Sequence record: MZ475895.1 | Length of the DNA stretch: 64,000 bases | Reading direction: 5' to 3' (one strand) | Part shown: in pieces, positions 25,774-34,483 of the stretch | Layout of the letters: every line of letters starts with the position of its first letter | How positions within the stretch are numbered: position 1 is the stretch's first letter | Position numbers and translations under genes: made by a program | The notes under the pieces: generated by a model | The model's database searches: none | Told to the model about the DNA's origin: nothing | The model's input: the letters and a program-made list of their open reading frames with translations, nothing else

Positions 25774-26754
25774 ATGCGTTTTGGTTTCGCCTGCAAACTG
25801 CTTGATGACAACGGTAAACAACCGTACACGAACAAGAGCCTGAGCTATGCTCACTTCTCCAAGCTGTCTCAGACAGAGCAGCAAGAAAAGCTGGTGCTCG
25901 TCGTCACACACAATCTGACCTCGTTACTTGAGATGATCAGACACGTTGGTCGTCTGCGTACAGACTTGCGCATGTTTCGAATCACAAGCGAGCTACTTCC
26001 GCTGTTCACGCACCCGATGGTCACACGCATGTATCTCCAAACACACATGACCAAACTGACAGACACGATGTTGGCAACATGTGGTGCAGCGGCTAGACGT
26101 CTTGGTGTTCGACTGTCATTCCACCCTGGTCAGTTTACCGTGCTTGCGTCTGACCGACCCGACGTTATGCTCAACTCGATTAACGAAATGGAATATCACG
26201 CCTACTGTGCGCAGGCTATGGGCTACGGTCGTAAGTTCCAAGATTTCAAAATCAACATTCATTTGAGTGGTCGTCGTGGTGCCACAGGTTTCAGAGACGC
26301 CTACTCTCGTCTAAGCGATCATTGTCGCAAGATGATCACGGTAGAGAATGACGAGTACACTTCCTCGATCGAGGATTGTCTTGAGCTTGCCGACATTTGT
26401 CCTGTTGTTCTCGACATTCACCATCACTGGGTAATGACTAACGAATACATTCAGCCGACCGATGATCGTGTTCAACGTGTCATTGACTCGTGGCGAGGCG
26501 TTCGCCCTGTTGCGCATTACTCTGTGTCACGCCCAGAGTTCATACCGTCTACAGGTCTGCCTGATCAGAACAAGCTAGAAGCAAAGTCTGCCTCGCTGCG
26601 TGCTCATTCTGACTACTACCACAATGACAGCGTAAACGAGTGGGCCCTCAGCTTCGAGCAATTCGACCTGATGTGCGAGTCTAAAGCGAAGAATCTAGCA
26701 CGCACGAAACTAGCCCTTTTTAAGGGCAACTCTGCACAAATATGGTCAAAATAA
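25774..26754 (+). CDS. uvsE: UV damage endonuclease UvsE/UVDE
   Basis: MRFGFACK, FRITSELLP, RLSFHPGQFTVLAS, INIHLSG, VENDE, DIHHH, HYS, HSDY, MCESKAKNLA. Confidence 0.93.
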   Translation: MRFGFACKLLDDNGKQPYTNKSLSYAHFSKLSQTEQQEKLVLVVTHNLTSLLEMIRHVGRLRTDLRMFRITSELLPLFTHPMVTRMYLQTHMTKLTDTMLATCGAAARRLGVRLSFHPGQFTVLASDRPDVMLNSINEMEYHAYCAQAMGYGRKFQDFKINIHLSGRRGATGFRDAYSRLSDHCRKMITVENDEYTSSIEDCLELADICPVVLDIHHHWVMTNEYIQPTDDRVQRVIDSWRGVRPVAHYSVSRPEFIPSTGLPDQNKLEAKSASLRAHSDYYHNDSVNEWALSFEQFDLMCESKAKNLARTKLALFKGNSAQIWSK

Positions 26755-26787
26755 GGCTTGTTTTAGAAGGTGCCCCTATGATACACT
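26743..26787 (+). promoter_or_regulatory. Box-plus-extended -10 promoter (copy 5)
   Basis: GCACAAATA-TGGTCAAAAT, 33 nt, TGa-TACACT; overlaps the uvsE stop. Confidence 0.7.
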
Positions 26788-26838
26788 GATTACGAGCACT
26801 GTATGCTCGTTTCTACTGATTCAAGAGGATAAGACAAT

Positions 26839-27135
26839 ATGTTCATTACAACTCTAAACGCAAACACTGCGAAACCTGCACCGAAAGCAATCAACCACAT
26901 GAACCTCGACCTTGCACCTTCTGGTCGCATTTCTTGTGTCTGGCCTGGCGCACTCGATGTTCCTGCGAACATCAAACGTTTCTGCCGTGCTTGTGAAATC
27001 ATTACCGACCTTGACCCATGTATGCGTCTTCGTTTCAAAGGTCGTCGCTCTGACGTTCTGGCGCTCATTACCAAGATCGCTCCTGACAACCCTGACCTCG
27101 CAGCGCGAATTGCGGGCACTATCACTGAGGCTTAA
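26839..27135 (+). CDS. hypothetical protein (98 aa)
   Basis: GAGG upstream; first gene after promoter copy 5. Confidence 0.8.
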   Translation: MFITTLNANTAKPAPKAINHMNLDLAPSGRISCVWPGALDVPANIKRFCRACEIITDLDPCMRLRFKGRRSDVLALITKIAPDNPDLAARIAGTITEA

Positions 27136-27136
27136 A

Positions 27137-27400
27137 ATGAAAATCCCCTGTCTGAATGCTGTGTATGGTATTACGAACACCAATACTCCACTCGTGGATA
27201 AACGCGGCTTTCGTTGTATTGAATCGAAATATGTTGACGGAACGGAGGTTAGATTACAACGACAAGCCCATGACATTCATGAACGTGTGGTAGTGGCCTA
27301 TGACCAGTATGGTCGTGCAGTGTATGGAACACTGACTCCGCCCGCATCGTTCGAAGTGCGTGACAGCAAGGAAAGCGACCAATATAACAAGGCGCCCTAG
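27137..27400 (+). CDS. hypothetical protein (87 aa)
   Basis: GAGG then ATG 27137 directly after the upstream stop. Confidence 0.7.
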   Translation: MKIPCLNAVYGITNTNTPLVDKRGFRCIESKYVDGTEVRLQRQAHDIHERVVVAYDQYGRAVYGTLTPPASFEVRDSKESDQYNKAP

Positions 27401-27478
27401 CAAGCTCACAACGAAGCCATAGAATGAATACTAAGAAGTCTAACAATTCATGCGCTGACCTACTCGTGGGGTGTCAAA

Positions 27479-27856
27479 ATGATCGTAGTATGTAACTCTT
27501 CAAAGGAATTTTCTGTTGAACGTTTGAAACACGGGGACGCATTTGTATTCGGCAAGACGCGAATGCTTCTGCGAGCGGACTATCTGATACTAACAGATAA
27601 GCACAATGCTTTTTACGTGGTTCGCAAATCTGATGTTGTTTGGGCTCCCGAATTAACTGGCGCTACGCACATGATTAAGATCAGGGCGTATGCCCAGATT
27701 AAGCCGTTCGAACTCCATGCAGCATGTCCACAGTTCAATGGTCGTGTTTACGGAACAATCGCTTTCCGTAACCCACACTTTGAACATAGAATGAATACAC
27801 TTCGTTATAGTGAGACAATCTTTGGAGGTCAACATGGCACGGTATCATGTGTTTAG
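27479..27856 (+). CDS. hypothetical protein (125 aa)
   Basis: ORF in the co-oriented run. Confidence 0.7.
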   Translation: MIVVCNSSKEFSVERLKHGDAFVFGKTRMLLRADYLILTDKHNAFYVVRKSDVVWAPELTGATHMIKIRAYAQIKPFELHAACPQFNGRVYGTIAFRNPHFEHRMNTLRYSETIFGGQHGTVSCV

Positions 27857-28082
27857 TGCAGAAAGCAAATACTACGGCGAAGCATACGAGGGAACGCACT
27901 TAAAAGCGATTGACCTCGGGTACCCAGTTACCCACGCCGAGTTTAAAAATTTCGAGAGTGCTAAGGAATGCGCAGATAAGTTACATGAGGTTTGCGATAT
28001 GGGCTGGATTGTATACAACGCTTTTTCAGAAGTACCTGTATACGACAGCCGCACTATTGAAGGTGAGTCTGTAAATAACTAA
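27834..28082 (+). CDS. hypothetical protein (82 aa)
   Basis: GGAGG before ATG 27834. Confidence 0.75.
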   Translation: MARYHVFSAESKYYGEAYEGTHLKAIDLGYPVTHAEFKNFESAKECADKLHEVCDMGWIVYNAFSEVPVYDSRTIEGESVNN

Positions 28083-28153
28083 CAGACGACCTTGCATCTT
28101 CCGTGTGATGCTTACGGGCGTCACGCACATTCACTGTGATAATGAGGTTCAAA

Positions 28154-28669
28154 ATGAAATACGCTTCAATCGTTCTTGCTACTCTGCTTGCCACTTCTTT
28201 CGCTGCGTCTGCCGCTAACTATAAAGCACCAGCGCCTGTTAAGGGTATGCAGTCTAGCGGTATGCACATCGATGATCAACTGGACGATAGCTGCCAGACC
28301 AAACTGTCTCAAGCCATCGACTTGCGCGACTCTGTTGTTGACTTCACTGTTAGTCGCAATCAGATTGATACTGTGGCCGCTTGGCCGCTTGTGTGTTCCC
28401 CAACAGTCGAAGCAAAGACTGTTAGTGTTGAGCGTATGGGTTCTGACCTGACGATCACTTACGTTAACAACGACGACACGCTGCACCCGCTGACTCTGAC
28501 ATTGCAGCGTGTTGAATCTGAATCCGAAGATGACGCACCAGCGTATCAGATCGTCCAAGTAGGCGACATGAACGCAATGGGTTATCAAGAGCAGGCTGAC
28601 GTTAAAGATTGGCTGCTGGACTGTTACGCTGCTACGTTGCAGACTGGCATTCCACTGAGCATGAACTAA
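28154..28669 (+). CDS. secreted/periplasmic protein with a Sec signal peptide (171 aa)
   Basis: MKYASIVLATLLATSFAASA-A: basic n-region, hydrophobic h-region, A-x-A cleavage site. Confidence 0.8.
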   Translation: MKYASIVLATLLATSFAASAANYKAPAPVKGMQSSGMHIDDQLDDSCQTKLSQAIDLRDSVVDFTVSRNQIDTVAAWPLVCSPTVEAKTVSVERMGSDLTITYVNNDDTLHPLTLTLQRVESESEDDAPAYQIVQVGDMNAMGYQEQADVKDWLLDCYAATLQTGIPLSMN

Positions 28670-28947
28670 TGCAGCACCGTCGTAAAGTAAAGGCCGAGTC
28701 AAAGCAACGTTCAATACCCGAAGACTGGCCTGTATTCAAAGACATGTTGCTGACGTTGCGCATCGCTGTACTCACGGACGAGAAACCTCACGCTAAACTG
28801 CGTGCGCTTGCTCTCCAATGGTATACAGATGGGAAGTATCGTAACCCTGTCTGTGATTCTGTTCTGCTTAGGTTGACCGCTGAGAAACGACCTAAGCAAA
28901 CTCTTGATCAATTGATCACTCTCTATAACTTTCTTGAGGAAGAATAA
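28669..28947 (+). CDS. hypothetical protein (92 aa)
   Basis: TAATG coupling. Confidence 0.7.
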   Translation: MQHRRKVKAESKQRSIPEDWPVFKDMLLTLRIAVLTDEKPHAKLRALALQWYTDGKYRNPVCDSVLLRLTAEKRPKQTLDQLITLYNFLEEE

Positions 28948-28949
28948 AA

Positions 28950-30161
28950 ATGGCTATCATTTCCGCAGAAGAACAAGCGCGTCTGGACTCACTTGCTGCT
29001 ATCGTAGCTAAGATGTGGGCACAAGGCGGCCCTGCTGTGCGTGATGCTCTGCGCTACGTTGCTAACCAAATGCTGAGCGACGAGCATTCATTCCTGTACG
29101 AAGAAGTGCCTGGTGTAACGCCTGACATTGAATCTGTCTACCACCATCTGAGCGATTTGCCACTGACGGGTATGACCCGCATCGTGCGCAATCCTGACTT
29201 GATCAGCTCGCTTGAAGATCTGATGAACAAAAACGAGCGTGAGATCTTCGGCTCTGCCGTACGTAACAGCGCGTACACTATGTTCAAACTTTTACCGCAG
29301 AATGAAACCTCGGTGTTCTGCCATCCAGGTAAAGGTGCTACCTCTCGCACCCAGCCGCGTCAGGTCGCTGAAAGACTGCATCGCGGTTTAAGCTACATGT
29401 TGTCCGTGCGCGGTCTGGACGCGTATATCAAAAAGGCTGATAATCAGATTCGCTCTTACGGGCATACTCGCCTAGCCTCTCTGGTAATCGCAGTCGCAGT
29501 CAAAGGCGAACGCAGTGTTGCTACTCGCATCGTACCTCTGTGGCGTATGGACGATCACACGGAAGAGGTAGGCACGATTGAACTTGATCAGGATATCCCG
29601 AACGATCAGCCCGCTTACTCAACTGCGGTAGAAACCGATAGTCAGGTTTGGCAGAAGTTCGATGCAGAACACCTTATCGCTATCCTGCTCAAGCATGAGA
29701 ATCATAGCGCGTCTAAGTTACGTGGCATGGACCGCGAAGAATTAGACGATACCTATGAAGCCTTCGTTGATGACTATCTTGACGACAACCAAGATGAGGA
29801 AGAAGATGAAGGGTGGGACGAAGAAGAGGATGAAGACGAAGAAGATGCCTTCTGTCCTGAAATCCCTTCGCGCCTAGCTCTGCCTATTGAACTGCCTATT
29901 GTTAATCTCGAACGTCCGAAGTTGGACATTCGTCCAGGTATGCGTTTGAAGACCAAAAAGCCTAAACAGTCTCATATTCAGAATATTCTGATTGATCCAG
30001 TTTGGCACGCAGTTGACCTACAAGACGAGAACAATATTCATTATTTCAGTGTGTCTATTGTTGCCCGTGATACTGTCGGTCATAAGGCTATTTCAGCTTC
30101 GCCGCTTGAAGCACTGACTATCTCCAACGTGCTGATGCAGATCGCTGAAACTAACACTTAA
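28950..30161 (+). CDS. hypothetical protein with an acidic tract (403 aa)
   Basis: GAGG upstream; DDNQDEEEDEGWDEEEDEDEED tract after LRGMDREELDDTYE. Confidence 0.88.
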   Translation: MAIISAEEQARLDSLAAIVAKMWAQGGPAVRDALRYVANQMLSDEHSFLYEEVPGVTPDIESVYHHLSDLPLTGMTRIVRNPDLISSLEDLMNKNEREIFGSAVRNSAYTMFKLLPQNETSVFCHPGKGATSRTQPRQVAERLHRGLSYMLSVRGLDAYIKKADNQIRSYGHTRLASLVIAVAVKGERSVATRIVPLWRMDDHTEEVGTIELDQDIPNDQPAYSTAVETDSQVWQKFDAEHLIAILLKHENHSASKLRGMDREELDDTYEAFVDDYLDDNQDEEEDEGWDEEEDEDEEDAFCPEIPSRLALPIELPIVNLERPKLDIRPGMRLKTKKPKQSHIQNILIDPVWHAVDLQDENNIHYFSVSIVARDTVGHKAISASPLEALTISNVLMQIAETNT

Positions 30162-30162
30162 C

Positions 30163-30206
30163 TGGACAAAACAGCGCTTCTTAACGAGGCGCTTTTCTGC
30201 TATAAT
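30163..30206 (+). promoter_or_regulatory. Box-plus-extended -10 promoter (copy 6)
   Basis: CACTTAAC-TGGACAAAAC, 32 nt, TGc-TATAAT. Confidence 0.8.
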
Positions 30207-30272
30207 AGCAGCTAGAGCATAAGCTCTCACGTTTGCATTTACTATACGTTAAATACGGGAACCTCACATATT

Positions 30273-30575
30273 ATGGCACGTAACATTTCACGCAAGAAAG
30301 CGCTCGACCTGATGGCAAAAACTTACAACGAAAAACATCCAGAGTATTTGCCGCGCCTCATGAAAGAGGACATGAATGCGAAAGACCTGTTCGAATTCCG
30401 TGAAGATGTTGTAGCTCAAATTCAGGCAGGTTTGAATCCTGCGAAAGTTGTTGATGATATGATCGACAACGCAATACGCGTCACCACGATGCGCCGCCGT
30501 ATGAGCAATGATTATAATCCGAAAATCTCCGACGTTCTTACCGATGAACTGCGTGAGGAACTTCGTAAACTCTAA
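30273..30575 (+). CDS. hypothetical protein (100 aa)
   Basis: First gene after promoter copy 6. Confidence 0.8.
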   Translation: MARNISRKKALDLMAKTYNEKHPEYLPRLMKEDMNAKDLFEFREDVVAQIQAGLNPAKVVDDMIDNAIRVTTMRRRMSNDYNPKISDVLTDELREELRKL

Positions 30576-30584
30576 GGAATAAAA

Positions 30585-31145
30585 ATGAAAAACTACGGTT
30601 ACTTCTTTATCCTGAATCACATCGCACTCGCCGTAGATAGCGCCAGCAAGGAAGCTGGCTTTAAAGATTTGGTTGAGCTGGACATGTTCAATCGCGCTTC
30701 TGTTTTAGTTGTAGCTGACGCCGAGCCAAGGGGACGTCAGATTGCAAACGATTTGACCGCTGCACTTTATCCACGAGCGGCTGATTGTGTGCCAACAGTT
30801 GAGCAACGCATGATGTTAGTGCAAGCTCTGCATGATGCCGAAATCGAAAAGATTCTTGGCAACATCCGCTTCTTCGTACCGCACGCTCACACGCGAGAAG
30901 ATTTGATTTCGCGTTTCGGCTTTTACGTGGAGAACGATCAGCCTGCGCTGTTTATGCCGTACTACATGCGAAAGCATATTCTCAGTGATACCGCTGTGTT
31001 CTGCGAGGGGCGTCTGACTTCATTCAGAGACGCTTGCTCTAACGGAACTGTCACTGAGAACATCCGTGACTACGGCCTATTGACTGCGCAAGCGTACGGA
31101 AAAGACAACGTGCCTGAAATGTATCAGGACCTGCCTTTGTTTTAA
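30585..31145 (+). CDS. hypothetical protein (186 aa)
   Basis: AAGGA upstream. Confidence 0.85.
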   Translation: MKNYGYFFILNHIALAVDSASKEAGFKDLVELDMFNRASVLVVADAEPRGRQIANDLTAALYPRAADCVPTVEQRMMLVQALHDAEIEKILGNIRFFVPHAHTREDLISRFGFYVENDQPALFMPYYMRKHILSDTAVFCEGRLTSFRDACSNGTVTENIRDYGLLTAQAYGKDNVPEMYQDLPLF

Positions 31146-31156
31146 GGAGACACCTC

Positions 31157-31624
31157 ATGGGTGTAGTTAACGGTATCAGTTCAACTAAGTTCCCGCGTCG
31201 AGGGCGGGACGAAGGTCTGACAGTCATTCTTCGTCGTCGCTGGGGATTGTACCCAGCGGTTATTGTTCGTCAAGATCACGGCGAACCCAACAACACGATT
31301 CATCGCATCGAGGCTAAAGCGCTACCCAAGCGCTTCTTTGATGGCAGTCATGAACTCTATGTTGCTGAGTATTATCAAACGAACTTCCCTAAAGACACTC
31401 CCATCTGCGCTGCTGGTGAAGTTGAAGGTCTGTTCGTTGAGATTGTATTCGACCATGACGTTCGCAACAAGTGCGAAGGCATCTGTGTGACCGATCGCGG
31501 TATGCAGAAAATCTTTTTGATCACGACAGGTCAACACGAAGGTCGTTACGTCACTGAGGCCGAGTGTGATTACAAAGTCAAACCTAAACTTGTAAAGGAT
31601 AATAGAGATGACAGTAACATCTGA
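31157..31624 (+). CDS. hypothetical protein (155 aa)
   Basis: AAGGAG upstream. Confidence 0.85.
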   Translation: MGVVNGISSTKFPRRGRDEGLTVILRRRWGLYPAVIVRQDHGEPNNTIHRIEAKALPKRFFDGSHELYVAEYYQTNFPKDTPICAAGEVEGLFVEIVFDHDVRNKCEGICVTDRGMQKIFLITTGQHEGRYVTEAECDYKVKPKLVKDNRDDSNI

Positions 31625-31913
31625 ACACTCAACAACATCTAGCTGCAAGCGTGCGACTACAGGTCTGGGTCGTTTGACTAGCGGTGATCAGTTCTTCCTG
31701 TCGCTGGCCATCACTGGTTCTAAGACAGGCGAAGATGCAGGCTTCATTGATTCCGTTCGTGATCTGCACAAGCACATCGCTGCGTTTGCAGCAAAGCATG
31801 AGGTTACGCAAGTGACCGCGTTTCTTGGACATAACGTTATGTCCGACGCCGAGTACACGTTAGAGTTCAACGTGTCTCAAGTATTCACACTCAAAAAAGA
31901 AAGGACGTATTAA
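31608..31913 (+). CDS. hypothetical protein (101 aa)
   Basis: Overlaps the upstream gene; TAATG-coupled to dut. Confidence 0.75.
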   Translation: MTVTSEHSTTSSCKRATTGLGRLTSGDQFFLSLAITGSKTGEDAGFIDSVRDLHKHIAAFAAKHEVTQVTAFLGHNVMSDAEYTLEFNVSQVFTLKKERTY

Positions 31914-32458
31914 TGGAATTTCAAATTAAGCCAGACTTGCAGACCTACCCAAATTTCATTCTGCCCAAGCGCGGCTCTGCTCAGGCGGCGGGCCTCGACC
32001 TGTTTGCGCAGGAAGATATGATCTTCACTGAAACCACTGAGCTGTTTAATCTGGGCTTCCGCGCCGCTGTGCCTGAAGGCTACGTTGCCTTAATCGTACC
32101 GCGCTCTGGCTTGGGTGCTAAGTTCAACATGCAACTGTCAAACACGATGGGCGTTATCGATAGCGACTATCGCGGTGATTGGATGGCAGCTTTCCATCTG
32201 GGCGGTAAAGGCACTCAAGCTGATACGCTGCCGCCATACGGTCAGTATCAGAAAGAGTTCTATCATCACGGCAGTGAGCTGTGGGAAAAAGCGAATCAAA
32301 ACGAAGCGCCTATGCTCCTAGTTCCTAAAGGTGATGCGTTTGCACAGGTGCTGTTCTTTGAAGTACCGTTGATGCAAGTGACTCTGGTCGACGAGCTGCC
32401 TGAAACAGAGCGTGGTGAAGGTGGTTTCGGTTCTACCACTAAGTCGCAAAGTGCCTGA
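31913..32458 (+). CDS. dut: trimeric dUTPase with an insertion between motifs III and IV
   Basis: Motifs AGLDL (I), PRSG (II), GVIDSDYRG (III), FAQ (IV), RGEGGFGST (V). Confidence 0.95.
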   Translation: MEFQIKPDLQTYPNFILPKRGSAQAAGLDLFAQEDMIFTETTELFNLGFRAAVPEGYVALIVPRSGLGAKFNMQLSNTMGVIDSDYRGDWMAAFHLGGKGTQADTLPPYGQYQKEFYHHGSELWEKANQNEAPMLLVPKGDAFAQVLFFEVPLMQVTLVDELPETERGEGGFGSTTKSQSA

Positions 32459-32666
32459 TTACCTTATCTTCATCTTGATCGCCTACTACATTGTAGGCTT
32501 CATGCAGTTTATGCGTGAAGTGTTCAGTTCTAAACTGAGTGAGAGCGAACGCTTGGCTGTCATTAAAGAAGATGAGGACACTCCAACGTCCGTAGTTTGG
32601 GCGCAGGCATTTAAGCTGATGTTATACGTTCTGTTCATTCACATACCAATGTGGATATTCAGATAA
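32451..32666 (+). CDS. small membrane protein (about 71 aa)
   Basis: GTG 32451 overlapping the dut end; hydrophobic at both ends. Confidence 0.55.
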   Translation: MPDYLIFILIAYYIVGFMQFMREVFSSKLSESERLAVIKEDEDTPTSVVWAQAFKLMLYVLFIHIPMWIFR

Positions 32667-32676
32667 CGTCAATCGT

Positions 32677-32700
32677 TAGGTCCTTGCGGGGACCTATTTT
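32677..32700 (+). terminator. terminator with UGCG loop
   Basis: TAGGTCCT-TGCG-GGGACCTA-TTTT. Confidence 0.75.
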
Positions 32701-32717
32701 ATCGTAATATAAACACT

Positions 32718-33038
32718 ATGAGCAAAAAGAAACCGCAGTACATTCTGCCTCGTGAGCGTCCTACGCGCTTGCCAAATCTGCGTGCTTATCTGATGCATCT
32801 GGCACGCAACCCAAACAAACATCGTGCCGTCCTTGAGATGCATTGCAATGCAGCGCTGGCCCAGCTGCGTAAAGATCGTTTCTTTCTTGGCAGACTGTTT
32901 GCTCATAAGGTGTATACGAAGTCGAGCAAGGTCGCATACACAATAGTATGGATTGACCCGTACAACTACGATTGCCTTGTTCTAAATCATATAAAAAGGA
33001 GAGTAGAGTTTAAAAACCTTTACGGCCTGATTCTTTGA
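32718..33038 (+). CDS. hypothetical basic protein (106 aa)
   Basis: ORF after the terminator. Confidence 0.7.
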   Translation: MSKKKPQYILPRERPTRLPNLRAYLMHLARNPNKHRAVLEMHCNAALAQLRKDRFFLGRLFAHKVYTKSSKVAYTIVWIDPYNYDCLVLNHIKRRVEFKNLYGLIL

Positions 33039-33071
33039 TTAGGTCCTAGCGCCTTCACACTAGGAGACACA

Positions 33072-33752
33072 ATGACTATTCTTATTTCTAACCGCACCGA
33101 CGAGGTGATTCGCCAACTCAACGTAGCTATCTGGTCAAGCGTTCTATTCGGACTCATTGTACTTGCATCAATTCTGGTGCAGCCGAATGCAACAGCCAGC
33201 GTCTCTACGGGCCCTGATAACGTTATCGATATGTCCTCAACAACTTCACTCGATCCCTCCAATCGTGTGGCAAGAGAATACAAGGAGATTGCAAAGACGC
33301 TAGTTGTGCAAGACGAGCGAAGGCCCTCGCGTTCTGTTACGAGAGAGCGCCTCCGACAATTGTACTCGCATCTACCGCACCCCAATGATTTAGGCAGGCA
33401 GATTGATTTGGCCGCTGCAAAGTATGCAGTGGACGCAAAGCTGATTCTTTCCATTTGCGTTTCCGAGTCGCATCTTCGTGCTAAAGTCAGAAACAAGTCT
33501 GGTGCAACAGGTATCTGCCAAGTAATGGCTAAGATGCATGGGCATTCAGCAAAAGACCTCCTCGATTATCGTATCAACATTGATGCGGCAACGAAGATAA
33601 TTGCAGATCTTAATAAACAGTGTCGTGGTCGTACTGCTTGTGTTATTCAAGCGTACAACACAGGCTGGGGAGCATATTCGAAGGGTGCCCGTGCACCGCA
33701 ATACTTGGCTAAAGTTAGATCAGAGATGCGCAAGCACCCATCATCATCCTAA
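33072..33752 (+). CDS. SLT-domain lytic transglycosylase with an N-terminal membrane anchor
   Basis: AAAKYAVDAKLILSICVSES (catalytic Glu), GATGICQV, LLDYRINIDAA, AYNTG; hydrophobic segment VAIWSSVLFGLIVLASILV. Confidence 0.88.
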   Translation: MTILISNRTDEVIRQLNVAIWSSVLFGLIVLASILVQPNATASVSTGPDNVIDMSSTTSLDPSNRVAREYKEIAKTLVVQDERRPSRSVTRERLRQLYSHLPHPNDLGRQIDLAAAKYAVDAKLILSICVSESHLRAKVRNKSGATGICQVMAKMHGHSAKDLLDYRINIDAATKIIADLNKQCRGRTACVIQAYNTGWGAYSKGARAPQYLAKVRSEMRKHPSSS

Positions 33753-33765
33753 AGAGGACATAATA

Positions 33766-34419
33766 ATGAGCACCGCCAACATCGCAGACTTGTACAAAAT
33801 GCAGTTCCAGATTCTCAAACCACTTTCGCCTCGCCAAGAGTACGCACTGATTGTGCTACATGCTTCCGCGACCGAAGATGACGTTCGTGGTCTGGCCGAA
33901 GTTGTTGTTCGTGATTACCCGCACGTTGCGCGTCTGTATGATGCGTTTGCTGCTGCGACTGAGTACGGTGATAACTCTGTACCGTTCATCATTCCAGTAT
34001 CAAACAGTGAGCACGTCACCGAAGAGATTTACGCTATCGTTGATCACTCACTCGTCGTTGCGCCAAGTCTGCGCCAACTTTTGGAGCAAGCCCTTGAGCG
34101 TGTTCAATACATGCCAGAGACTGCTGACGAAAGACGTTTCGTAATTGAACGCGAACCCCTGACTATGGGCTGGTTCATTGATTGTGTCCTTGACGCGTAC
34201 AACTGTGGTCAACTGCCTATGGCTGTTCGTCCATCGAAAGCGCAACAAGAAATGCGTAACGAAAACCTGCTGTCGTTCAATCAGCTCCGTGATGCTGATA
34301 TGTTCAGCGGCGAGATCGACTACACGCAAGCCTTACAGCCAAGTATGCAAGCGCGTCACATTGCAGCTAAGCTGATCGCACGTCTGCAAAACAGCAAGCG
34401 TGCCGTAACTGTTAACTAA
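33766..34419 (+). CDS. hypothetical protein (217 aa)
   Basis: GAGG before ATG 33766. Confidence 0.85.
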   Translation: MSTANIADLYKMQFQILKPLSPRQEYALIVLHASATEDDVRGLAEVVVRDYPHVARLYDAFAAATEYGDNSVPFIIPVSNSEHVTEEIYAIVDHSLVVAPSLRQLLEQALERVQYMPETADERRFVIEREPLTMGWFIDCVLDAYNCGQLPMAVRPSKAQQEMRNENLLSFNQLRDADMFSGEIDYTQALQPSMQARHIAAKLIARLQNSKRAVTVN

Positions 34420-34425
34420 CAACTC

Positions 34426-34453
34426 GGGAGACCTTAACTGGTTTCCCTTTTTA
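34426..34453 (+). terminator. Rho-independent terminator
   Basis: GGGAGACC-ttaact-GGTTTCCC-TTTTTT. Confidence 0.85.
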
Positions 34454-34483
34454 CTTTCTCGCTGAATTTTTAAGGAAATTCCA

